From: an uncultured Chloroflexia bacterium
GTDB taxonomy: Bacteria; Chloroflexota; Limnocylindria; Limnocylindrales; CSP1-4
Reading direction: 5' to 3'
Assembly (NCBI GenBank): GCA_963812745.1
Contig: CAWEWE010000002.1
Location: forward strand, 180,178-244,177
Length of the DNA: 64,000 bases
Position numbers and translations under genes: made by a program. Positions within the stretch are counted from its first letter, which is position 1. Every line of letters begins with the position of its first letter. The notes under the pieces were generated by a model that was given only the letters and a program-made list of their open reading frames with translations, did not search any database and had not been told where the DNA came from. This document shows, one piece after another, positions 51,695 to 64,000 of this stretch.

Positions 51695-52933
51695 TCAGAC
51701 GAGCCGGGAGAACAGCTCGTTCGAGAGGAGGCGCCCACGCGTCGTCAGGACGACCCGGTCCTTCGGCGTGACTGTCAGCAGCCCTGCCGCCAACGCCCAC
51801 CCGAAGACGTCGGCCAGGGGCGGCGCGTGGGCCGCGGTCAGCGGCACGCCGGTGTCCAGGCGCAGGCCGAGGATCAGCGACTCGACCGCCGCCGTCACCG
51901 CGTCGAGCACCTCGACACCGCCCGGGGGCAGCTGCGGCGGCGTAGTGCCCAACGCCGCCACGTACAGGTCGAGCCGGGCCGCGGTCCAGCGCCGCGCCAC
52001 GCCGTCAAAGGCGTGCGCGCCCGGACCCGCCGCCTCGTTCGGCCGACGCTGCCAGTACGCCAGGTTGTGCCGGCTCTCGTGGCCGGGCCTCGCCCAGTTC
52101 GAGATCTCGTACCCGCGGTACCCGGCATCTGCGAGGGCGAGCGCGGCGTGGTGGTACTGCCCGGCTGCCCGGTCCTCGTCCTGGCCCGGCGCCACGGCAT
52201 CGCGCCAGCGTCGCGCGCCCCTGGTGGTCGGCAAGTGGTCGCCAGTGGGGCCTGCGAGACCCTCGGCGACCGGGTCGTCGAGGGACAGCGCGTACAGCGA
52301 CAGGTGGTCGGGCTCGAGTGCGAGCGCGGTGTCGAGCGTCGCCATCCAGGTCGACAGGTCCGTGTCCGGGATGTCGTACAGCAGGTCGACGTTGACGGAG
52401 CCGACGCCCGCGTCCCGGGCCCCCGCCACCGCGTCCGCGACGTGGCGCGCCCGATGCCGCCGACCCAGCTTGCGCAGCTCGGTGTCGTCGAACGATTGCG
52501 CCCCGAACGAGATCCGAGTGATCCCTGCGCGGCGGAGCGCCGCAGGGTCGCCGCGCTCGTCGGGCCCGGGGTTCGACTCGATCGTGATCTCGGCGCCGTC
52601 GGCGACCCCGAACCGATCGCGCACGCGCGCGAGGATCCGCTCGACCTCGCCGGCCGGCAGCAGCGACGGCGTCCCGCCGCCGAGGTAGACCGACTCGAGG
52701 GCCGGGCGTCGCCGCGTTCCCGGCTGCCCGAACTTCGCCTCCAACGCGTCGGCCCGAAGGTCGAGCTCCACCAGCAGCGCATCGAGGAACTGCCCGATCC
52801 GGTTGCGCGGCCCGCGCGCCGCCGAGCCGGCGATGACCACGAAATCGCAGTACGGACAGAGCGACACGCAGAACGGGACATGGATGTAGAGCGCGATCGG
52901 TGGACGCGCGGCCGGCGTCCGTTCCACGGTCAC
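51695..52933 (-). CDS. hemW: Radical SAM heme chaperone HemW
   Basis: YIHVPFC...CPYCDF, GGGTPS, YEISNW, HNLAYW. Confidence 0.9.
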   Translation of the reverse strand: MTVERTPAARPPIALYIHVPFCVSLCPYCDFVVIAGSAARGPRNRIGQFLDALLVELDLRADALEAKFGQPGTRRRPALESVYLGGGTPSLLPAGEVERILARVRDRFGVADGAEITIESNPGPDERGDPAALRRAGITRISFGAQSFDDTELRKLGRRHRARHVADAVAGARDAGVGSVNVDLLYDIPDTDLSTWMATLDTALALEPDHLSLYALSLDDPVAEGLAGPTGDHLPTTRGARRWRDAVAPGQDEDRAAGQYHHAALALADAGYRGYEISNWARPGHESRHNLAYWQRRPNEAAGPGAHAFDGVARRWTAARLDLYVAALGTTPPQLPPGGVEVLDAVTAAVESLILGLRLDTGVPLTAAHAPPLADVFGWALAAGLLTVTPKDRVVLTTRGRLLSNELFSRLV

Positions 52934-53700
52934 CGATCCCGCTGCGGGGACTCCCGACTGCCGATGACGCGCCAGCCCTCTGGGGGTCTCCGGCGCCGGT
53001 CGATCTCCTCGACCTCGCGTCCCTTGGGCAGCGTCTGGCCCGTGTGGCCCGTGGCCAGGAACACCGCGAACCTGGTCGCGGCGTGCCCCAGGAACGCGGC
53101 GGCGATGCCGCCCGTGACCGCGGTCAGCCAGCCACCGATGAGGCCGATCCCGAGGGTCAGGACCAGCAGGTAGCGGTCACGACCCGGCGCCCCGAGCCTG
53201 GTCGTCAGCGCGTACAGCAGGGTCTGCATGACGTTGGCGAGGTTCGCCTCGACGCCGAGCGTCACCATGGTCCCGAAGACCGCGCCCCGGAACGTCGCTT
53301 CGTCGATGAACGCGGTGGCGGTCGAGTTGAGCAGGGCACCCGGATATGACCTGGCATCCGGGAAACGGATGCGCTGGTAGCGCAGCGTCGCAAAGGCGAG
53401 CGCCTGGGCCACCCCCAGTCCGGCGAAGATCAAGCCGCCCATCACGGCGCCGAGCCGATCCCCGGTGCCGAGGTACAAGTCCGTCTGTGGCGATGGCGAG
53501 ATGTAGGCCATCGCGACCACCAGCGCGGCACCGAATCCGTACCAGGCGAGGCGCCGCCGGACCCGCGGCCGCTCGCCGTCGCGCGTCGATTCGTAGTACT
53601 CCGCGGTCCCGAACCGCTCGGCGTCTAGACGCAGCAGGACGAGGAGCAGCGCGAGCCCGACGACGATCAGGCCGCGGGAGATGTCGAACAGCCCCTCCAC
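52930..53700 (-). CDS. CPBP/Abi (CAAX protease-like) membrane protein with degenerate motifs
   Basis: IDEATFRG and TGG..A..GH. Confidence 0.6.
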   Translation of the reverse strand: MEGLFDISRGLIVVGLALLLVLLRLDAERFGTAEYYESTRDGERPRVRRRLAWYGFGAALVVAMAYISPSPQTDLYLGTGDRLGAVMGGLIFAGLGVAQALAFATLRYQRIRFPDARSYPGALLNSTATAFIDEATFRGAVFGTMVTLGVEANLANVMQTLLYALTTRLGAPGRDRYLLVLTLGIGLIGGWLTAVTGGIAAAFLGHAATRFAVFLATGHTGQTLPKGREVEEIDRRRRPPEGWRVIGSRESPQRDR

Positions 53701-53707
53701 CCGGGGA

Positions 53708-55519
53708 TCAGCCCTCGTCCATGCGGAGCATCGCCAGGAACGCCTCCTGCGGGATCTCGACCGACCCCACGCGCTTCATCCGCTGCTTCCCCTCTTTCTG
53801 CTTCTCGAGCAGCTTCCGCTTGCGCGTGATGTCGCCACCGTAACACTTGGCCAACACGTTCTTGCGCATGGCCCGGACGCTTTCTCTCGCGATGACGTTG
53901 CTCCCGATAGCCGCCTGGATCGGGATCTCGAACATCTGGCGAGGGATCAGCTCCTTGAGCCGCTCGGCCAGGGCGCGGCCCGTCGACTGGGCACGATCGC
54001 GGTGGACGATGAGGCTCAGCGCGTCGACCGGCTCGCCGTTAACGAGGATGTCGACCTTGGCGAGGTTGGCGGGTCGATAGCCGAGCTCCTCGTAATCCAT
54101 CGAGGCGTAGCCCTGCGTCCGGCTCTTGAGCTGGTCGAAGTAGTCGACGATCAGCTCGGCGAGCGGCATCTCGAAATGGAGCACGACCCGTATCGGGTCG
54201 AGGTACTCCATGTTCACGAACGTCCCGCGCCGGTTCGTCGAGAGCTCCATGATCGAGCCGATGTACTGGCTCGGCGAGACGACGCTGAGGTTGACCCACG
54301 GCTCCTCGATCGTCTCGATGTCGGACGGGTTCGGCAGCAGCGACGGATTGTCGACCACGACCGTGCCGCGGTCGTGCTGGAGCTGGACGTGGTACTCGAC
54401 CGATGGCGCCGAGGCGATGAGGTCGAGGTCGAACTCGCGCTCGAGCCGTTCCTGGACGATCTCCATGTGGAGCAGCCCGAGGAAGCCGCAGCGGAACCCG
54501 AAGCCGAGCGCGACCGAGCTCTCCGGCTCGAACGTGAAGCTCGCGTCGTTGAGGTGGAGCTTGTCGAGTGCCTCGCGGAGCAACGGATAGTCCTCGCCGC
54601 TGACCGGGTAGATGCCGGCGAACACGAGGCTCTTGGCGGCCTGGTAGCCGGGCAGCGGCTCCTTCGCCGGCCGCGCCTGGGTCGTGACGGTGTCACCGAC
54701 CTGCGCCTCGCGGACGTTCTTGAGACCGGTCGCCACGTAGCCGACCTCGCCGGCGCTCAGCTGCTTGACCGGGACGAGCTGCGGGCGGAACACGCCGAGC
54801 TCCAACGGCTCGGCGGTCGCGCCGCTGGCCATCAGGCGGATCGGATCGCTGGCCTTCAGCGTGCCCTGCTCCAGCCGGACGTAGACGATCACGCCCTTGT
54901 AGGCGTCGTAATGGCTGTCGAAGATCAGGCCCTGGACGGGCGCGGCCGGGTCGCCCGTCGGCGCGGGGATGCGGGCGACGATCGCCTCCAGGATGTCGCT
55001 GACGCCCGTGCCTTCCTTGGCACTCGCGAGGATCACCTCCTCGCGCGGGATGGCCAGCACGTTCTCGAGCTCGTCGATGATCGTGTCGGGGTCGGCCGAG
55101 GGCAGGTCGATCTTGTTGAGGACCGGGATGAGCGTGAGGTTCTCGCGCAGGGCGAGGTGGACGTTGGCGAGCGTCTGCGCCTCGATGCCCTGGGTGGCGT
55201 CGACCACGAGGATCGCGCCCTCGCAGGCCTGCAGGCTGTGGCTGACCTCGTAGGCGAAGTCGACGTGACCGGGGGTGTCGATGAGGTTGAGCCCGTACGT
55301 CTGGCCGTCCTTCGCCGTGTACTCGAGCCGGACGGCGCGGGCCTTGATCGTGATCCCCTTCTCGCGCTCGAGGTCCATCGAATCGAGGACCTGGCTCGTC
55401 ATCTGCCGAGCGTCGATCGTGTGGGTGAGCTCGAGCAGCCGATCCGCCAGCGTCGACTTGCCGTGATCGATATGGGCGATGATCGAGAAGTTGCGCAGCC
55501 GTTCCTGGGGGATGGTCAC
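53708..55519 (-). CDS. lepA: Elongation factor 4
   Basis: [50 protein letters not shown]. Confidence 0.98.
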   Translation of the reverse strand: MTIPQERLRNFSIIAHIDHGKSTLADRLLELTHTIDARQMTSQVLDSMDLEREKGITIKARAVRLEYTAKDGQTYGLNLIDTPGHVDFAYEVSHSLQACEGAILVVDATQGIEAQTLANVHLALRENLTLIPVLNKIDLPSADPDTIIDELENVLAIPREEVILASAKEGTGVSDILEAIVARIPAPTGDPAAPVQGLIFDSHYDAYKGVIVYVRLEQGTLKASDPIRLMASGATAEPLELGVFRPQLVPVKQLSAGEVGYVATGLKNVREAQVGDTVTTQARPAKEPLPGYQAAKSLVFAGIYPVSGEDYPLLREALDKLHLNDASFTFEPESSVALGFGFRCGFLGLLHMEIVQERLEREFDLDLIASAPSVEYHVQLQHDRGTVVVDNPSLLPNPSDIETIEEPWVNLSVVSPSQYIGSIMELSTNRRGTFVNMEYLDPIRVVLHFEMPLAELIVDYFDQLKSRTQGYASMDYEELGYRPANLAKVDILVNGEPVDALSLIVHRDRAQSTGRALAERLKELIPRQMFEIPIQAAIGSNVIARESVRAMRKNVLAKCYGGDITRKRKLLEKQKEGKQRMKRVGSVEIPQEAFLAMLRMDEG

Positions 55520-55630
55520 GAGGGCGGAGTGTAGCGGCTCCTGTGGTAGCATCCGCCTCCGCGTATGGCGCTCATCCCGCGCTCGCGCGTGCCATCCAAC
55601 CCATCACGTCGACGATCCGAGAGGTTTCCC

Positions 55631-56263
55631 TTGGCCAAGACGCCCCGCACCTGGTCGGGTGCACGAACGCCGTCGGGCCTCAAGCGCGTCCGGCAGGCTG
55701 CACGCCGCCACGAGGTGCTTGGCCCGCGCCGCGCCGCGGCGAAGACCTACGTCGCGAAGGCACTGAGCACGGTCGCCGCGTCGACCGACGTTGCGGCCGC
55801 GACCGTTGCGCTCACCGAGGCGCTGTCCGCCCTCGACCGAGCCGCCAAGGCCGGCGCCATCCACCCGAACGCCGCCGCGCGTCGAAAGTCGCGGCTGACG
55901 ATCAAGATCAACGCCGCCCTAGGCGGGGCGACCACCGGTTCGTCCGGGCGAGTCGCCAAGCAGACCGGCAAGGCCGCCGCGGCCAAGGCCGCGAAGGCGC
56001 GCATCGCCGCCGGCAAGTCGACCAAGGCCAAGGGCGCGCAGACCGCCGCCGGCAAGGCCCGCGCCGCGCTGAGCAAGACGGCGCGTGCCGAGGCCGCTGC
56101 CGCGAAGGCCGCCGAATCCGGCGCCGCCGAGACGGCGACCGCGAAGCCGGCTCGCCCGGCAACCAAGGCCGCGGCCGCGAAGAAGCCTGCCGCCAAGTCA
56201 TCCGCCAAGACGGCGACTGCGAAGACAACAGCGAAGAGCACCAGCAAGAAGGCTTCTTCCTAG
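55631..56263 (+). CDS. rpsT: 30S ribosomal protein S20 with long Ala/Lys-rich C-terminal tail
   Basis: S.LKRVRQ..R..LDRAAKAGAIHPNAAARRKSRL; divergent from lepA; TTG start after GAGAGG. Confidence 0.88.
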   Translation: MAKTPRTWSGARTPSGLKRVRQAARRHEVLGPRRAAAKTYVAKALSTVAASTDVAAATVALTEALSALDRAAKAGAIHPNAAARRKSRLTIKINAALGGATTGSSGRVAKQTGKAAAAKAAKARIAAGKSTKAKGAQTAAGKARAALSKTARAEAAAAKAAESGAAETATAKPARPATKAAAAKKPAAKSSAKTATAKTTAKSTSKKASS

Positions 56264-56282
56264 CGCCCCGTCCCCGCGCCCC

Positions 56283-56324
56283 GCGGCGTCCCGGGCTTCG
56301 GCCCGGGGCGCCGCTTGCGTTTCT
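56283..56324 (+). terminator. Intrinsic terminator hairpin after rpsT
   Basis: 14-bp stem (one G-U) with C(UUCG)G loop, followed by TTGCGTTTCT. Confidence 0.8.
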
Positions 56325-56334
56325 GCGGTCGCGG

Positions 56335-60591
<4,257 letters not shown>

Positions 60592-60713
60592 CGTGGGACC
60601 TCCTGGCGGTCGATGCCGGACCGCCGGTGAAGCGCGCGGCGCGCGCGAGATGTCGTTCGGGGGAACGCGGCCATTCTAGCAAAGGGTCACGCCTCTACAG
60701 AGAGGCGGACATG

Positions 60714-60745
60714 GAACGGCCCCCGCCATCCGGCGGGGGCCGTTC
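60714..60745. terminator. GC-rich hairpin, probable terminator of the small zinc-ribbon gene
   Basis: Perfect 14-bp stem GAACGGCCCCCGCC / GGCGGGGGCCGTTC with a 4-nt loop. Confidence 0.7.
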
Positions 60746-60768
60746 GCTTGGGCTATGGGCTTGGGCGG

Positions 60769-60909
60769 TCAGCCGCCGATCTTGAAGACCTTGTTTCCGC
60801 AGATCGGGCACGTGCCCTGAAGGGCCGGCTTCCCGTTCTTCATCGTGATCCGCTGCGGATTCTGGACTTCGACCTTGCGCTTGTCCTTGACGCAGTAGGC
60901 CTCAGCCAT
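60769..60909 (-). CDS. 46-aa basic zinc-ribbon protein (DUF5679-like), absent from the ORF track
   Basis: MAEAYCVKDKRKVEVQNPQRITMKNGKPALQGTCPICGNKVFKIGG*; SD GAGGAGG. Confidence 0.85.
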   Translation of the reverse strand: MAEAYCVKDKRKVEVQNPQRITMKNGKPALQGTCPICGNKVFKIGG

Positions 60910-60975
60910 GTGGGCTTCCTCCTCGTTGGTGGAGCGTCACGAGAACCTTCGTCCCGCATCCGCTCATGGGTAGCG

Positions 60976-61842
60976 CTATGTCGACCACAACGACGGGCGC
61001 CAGCGGTCCGTCGACGCGGTTCGTTTCTGGGCATCCATCTCTGCCAGCACCAGCAGGCTTTCGAGGCCCGTCTCGATGCAGGCCGCCTCAGCGGCGTCCT
61101 TCATCGATCCACTGATGAACTCGCCTCTCGTCCGGTCGGCGAAGACCGCACAGACGACGCCGGCACGACAGCCGGCAAGCGACGCGAACACCAGCAGCGC
61201 CGATGCCTCCATCTCGAAGTTCATGACACGCTGGCGCGCCATGTCCTCCGCCAGGTCAGGGTAGCGGATGGGCAACTGCGGGATGGGTCGCCCTTGTGAC
61301 CCGTAGAACCCCGGTGCCGTTGCCGTCACTCCGACGTGGTAGCGGTGACCGAGCCGTTCCGCTGCCTCGATGAGTGCCACGACCGCCTCGTAGTCGGCGA
61401 CCGCGGGATACCCATCGTGCACGTACCAGCTCGTCGTCGTTTCGAGTCGCACCCCTCCTGTCGTGATCGCCAGGTCGCCCAGGCGCATCTCTGGTTGAAG
61501 GGCGCCAGACGAACCGACCCGGATGAAGGTCGGACGTCGCGTGATCGCCAGGATCTCGGCCACGGCGATCTCGACGTTGTCCGTGCCGATGCCGGTCGAA
61601 ACGGCCGACACCCGCTGCCCCCGGTACGTGCCGGTGGCAGAAGCGAACTCCCGGTGTCGGTGCTCGAGCTCGATCGAATCGAAGCGCGAGGCGATCCTGG
61701 TGGTCCGATCCTGGTCCCCGGGGAGGAGGATGTACTCGGCCAAGTCACCCGGTCCGAGTCCGATGTGGTACTGCCGTTCTCCCTCCGGGACCGCGATCCT
61801 GCGATCTCGGGGGCTTTCGACGCGGGTATCCGCGTTCGGCAA
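60976..61842 (-). CDS. udp: Uridine phosphorylase (NP-I family)
   Basis: QYHI, LPGD..R, HREF, STGIG, IRVGSSG, FYGSQGR, NFEME. Confidence 0.88.
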   Translation of the reverse strand: MPNADTRVESPRDRRIAVPEGERQYHIGLGPGDLAEYILLPGDQDRTTRIASRFDSIELEHRHREFASATGTYRGQRVSAVSTGIGTDNVEIAVAEILAITRRPTFIRVGSSGALQPEMRLGDLAITTGGVRLETTTSWYVHDGYPAVADYEAVVALIEAAERLGHRYHVGVTATAPGFYGSQGRPIPQLPIRYPDLAEDMARQRVMNFEMEASALLVFASLAGCRAGVVCAVFADRTRGEFISGSMKDAAEAACIETGLESLLVLAEMDAQKRTASTDRWRPSLWST

Positions 61843-61891
61843 AACCTCTCCTCGCTCACGAAACCTGCTTCGCTGGCGCGAAACTCGGCCG

Positions 61892-61921
61892 AGGATAGTC
61901 CCGCAATTCTGCGAGCGTCAA
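61892..61921 (-). promoter_or_regulatory. Sigma70-type promoter of udp
   Basis: TTGACG-N18-TATCCT on the minus strand. Confidence 0.55.
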
Positions 61922-61987
61922 GCACGGCCACGCACGAATCGCGGCCGCTTGGCGCGCGCATGGGCCCTGCGTGGCCCGTTCTCGACC

Positions 61988-62042
61988 CCACGCACGGCCC
62001 ACGCACGGCTCGTGCACGCCCCCCGCACGGGCCACGCACGAG
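61988..62042. repeat. Five degenerate 11-bp tandem units (CCACGCACGGC)
   Basis: GCACG core at 61992, 62003, 62014, 62025 and 62036. Confidence 0.85.
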
Positions 62043-62047
62043 CCCGC

Positions 62048-64000
62048 TCAGGCGGGATCGCGGGCGGTGGCCGGGTCGGGATCGACCGGGCGCTGGCCGC
62101 CGACGGCGGCCAACCGGGCTGCGACCCGGACGGCCAGGAGCCGCCGCGCGTGGCGTCGACGGTGGACGGTCAGCCCGGCCGACAGCAGCCCGACGGTCAG
62201 CATCCCGGCAAGGCCTGCGCCGGCGCCCGGGATGCCTGATGGCGCATCGCTGAAGCCGGCGGTCCGCAGGTCGGACGCGTCGGCCGGCTCCGGCGCCAGC
62301 CGGGTCGTCTGGCGTGGGACTCGACTCGACATCGCCCAGGGTGCTGCCGAGGACGATGGCGGCCGGATCGTCGACGATGACCGCGGCGAGGCCGTCAGGC
62401 TGGATCGCCACGACACCGGTCACGTTGATCGCGTCGTCCGGCTCGATCAGGGCCGCCGACTCCGCGGCACTGCCCGCGAGCACGACGCGCCCGATGGCCG
62501 TGCCATCGTCGAGCATGAAGCCATCCGGACGCAGCTCGACGACGAGCCCGCCGACCCGCACGTCGATCCCGACCAATCCGTCCAGGTCGACGAGGTCGGC
62601 CGGCATCGCCGACGGACCCGCTGACGCGCGCGCGCCGGCATCTGCCGCCCCGGTAGCGGATCCGTTCCCGCCCGGCGCGCCCGCCGCAGGCGTCGACGCC
62701 GGGGCCGGAGCCTGTCGGACGTCGGCCCTCGAGCGCGGCAGGATCGATGGCCGCCGATCAGTCGCGCTCGGATACGGCGGTCGCACGACACCGACGACCT
62801 CGGCCGCCCGGCCCTCGGTCAGGGCCGTGTTCGCGATCCGCGCGCCTGGCTGGACCAACACGACGAACCGCTGCGCGCCGAGCACGATCTCGGCCCGCCA
62901 GCGATCACCGAGCTTGCGGACATCGTCGACACGGCCGGCGACCGCCACGAGGCGCCAGGCATGGGCGGTCGTCAGCCGGCCGGCCACCCGCAGTGGAGCC
63001 GGGACCGCCGCGGATCCGCGCCGGTCTACCGATGTCGCACGGAGGCGCGGCGCCCCGTACGCCGTTCCCACGCGACCCACCGCACGGATGCGCGCCCCCA
63101 CGCCGGGTGCGGACGCGTCCTTGGGCAACAGGATCTCGATGGCGCCGGTCGCATCCTGGACGACGATCCGCCTCCCGGACCCGTCGAGCAGGCTAGCCGG
63201 CGCGGTCACGACGGCCTCGACGGCGACGTCGCGGTCGGTGGTCCGGAGTGCGGTCGCGATCGAGACGACGGCCGGCGTGCCGCCAGGCGGTCGGGGCGAG
63301 CCGGTCGCGCCAGGGGTGGGGGTCGGTGCCGCTGCCAGCAGCGTGAGGTCGTGCCGATCGCGCGCCCACACGCGATACCCGTCAGGCGCGCCCTTCTTGG
63401 ACGCGCGTTGCCCGGCGATGCCGACGATCCGGTAGCGCGCTCCTGCCGCGAACGACGCCTGCGTCAAGCCGCTCGAGGCATCGGCCATGACCTTGATCCG
63501 GGTGCCGTTCGTGGTCTCGACCGTCACGGCGATGTCACCGCTCGTCGACTTGGTCGGTCGGGCGACCGCGACGCCGGACAGCCGGACGAGGCGCCCTTCC
63601 GTCGAATTGTTCGGACCGCTCGACGCCAGATCCAACGCCGCGGGCAGGGCGCCGGTGTCGTCGCCGAGGATCCCGCCGGTCGATGGTCGGATCTCCAGTT
63701 GTCCGTATGGATCGGCGAGGGGTCCGGTCACGATGAGGGCCTGGCCCCGTGACGGCGCCGAGAAGCCATCCGGCAGTTTCACGACGATGCCGCCGGTGGC
63801 GTCGCCGATGGCGATGAGGGGCGGCGTGCCGAGCCGGCCCGCCTCGGCCGTGACGATGCCGCGCACGGTGACCGTCGACCCGACGGGCTTGGTGCGGGCT
63901 GCGGCGATCGTGAGCCCGACTGGGGAGGGGCTCGGGGATGGCTCGGCCGTGGGCGTCGGCGTCGGCGTCGGGCTGACGGTCGCGGTCGGGGTGGGTTCCG
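62048..64000 (-). CDS. Large surface protein with tandem OB-fold-like modules and C-terminal TM anchor; 5' end outside window; apparent frameshift near 62300
   Basis: Repeated I..A..V.G.VT..D.TG.I modules and PT linkers. The TM plus HRRRHARR tail lies in the frame of ORF 62048..62416. Confidence 0.7.

Noticed and set aside
61988-62042. Possible CRISPR array or iterons
   Set aside because: Units are 11 bp with no spacers, and there are no cas or rep genes nearby.
61326-62300. C-terminal extension of the OB-fold protein overlapping udp
   Set aside because: The plausible TM-anchored end is in another frame with a stop at 62048.

Overview
64 kb of a very GC-rich bacterial chromosome; the gene content suggests Chloroflexota (inference, not verified). 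I saw no rRNA, tRNA, CRISPR array, transposase or integrase. The window holds a secreted-protein trio, manC/PMM/cupin genes, a polyamine ABC transporter with a divergent XRE-cupin regulator, a SAM-cycle cluster (apt-mtnA-GNAT-ahcY-S9-metK), pth-mfd, gap-pgk-eno, udp and a multi-OB-fold surface protein. It also carries the Firmicutes-like backbone rpsT/lepA-hemW-hrcA-grpE-dnaK..dnaJ-prmA..HIT..rpsU-yqeY-pgpH-ybeY, which is interrupted by three accessory blocks. The two best candidates for undescribed systems lie in those blocks. The first is an Lgt-like transferase, two small Cys-containing membrane proteins and a tetraether-lipid-synthase (Tes)-like radical SAM enzyme, divergent from a fatty acyl-CoA ligase (29971-34948). 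The second is a split-barrel (PPOX-like) protein coupled to a split-barrel/MenA prenyltransferase fusion (44341-46226). Other signals are a repeated leaderless-promoter pattern, a CTG-initiated Crp gene in frame with dnaK, paired operators, an 11-bp phased repeat and a ribosomal S20 with a histone-H1-like tail. Several frameshifts look like assembly indels. All family assignments come from motif recognition by eye; no searches were run.
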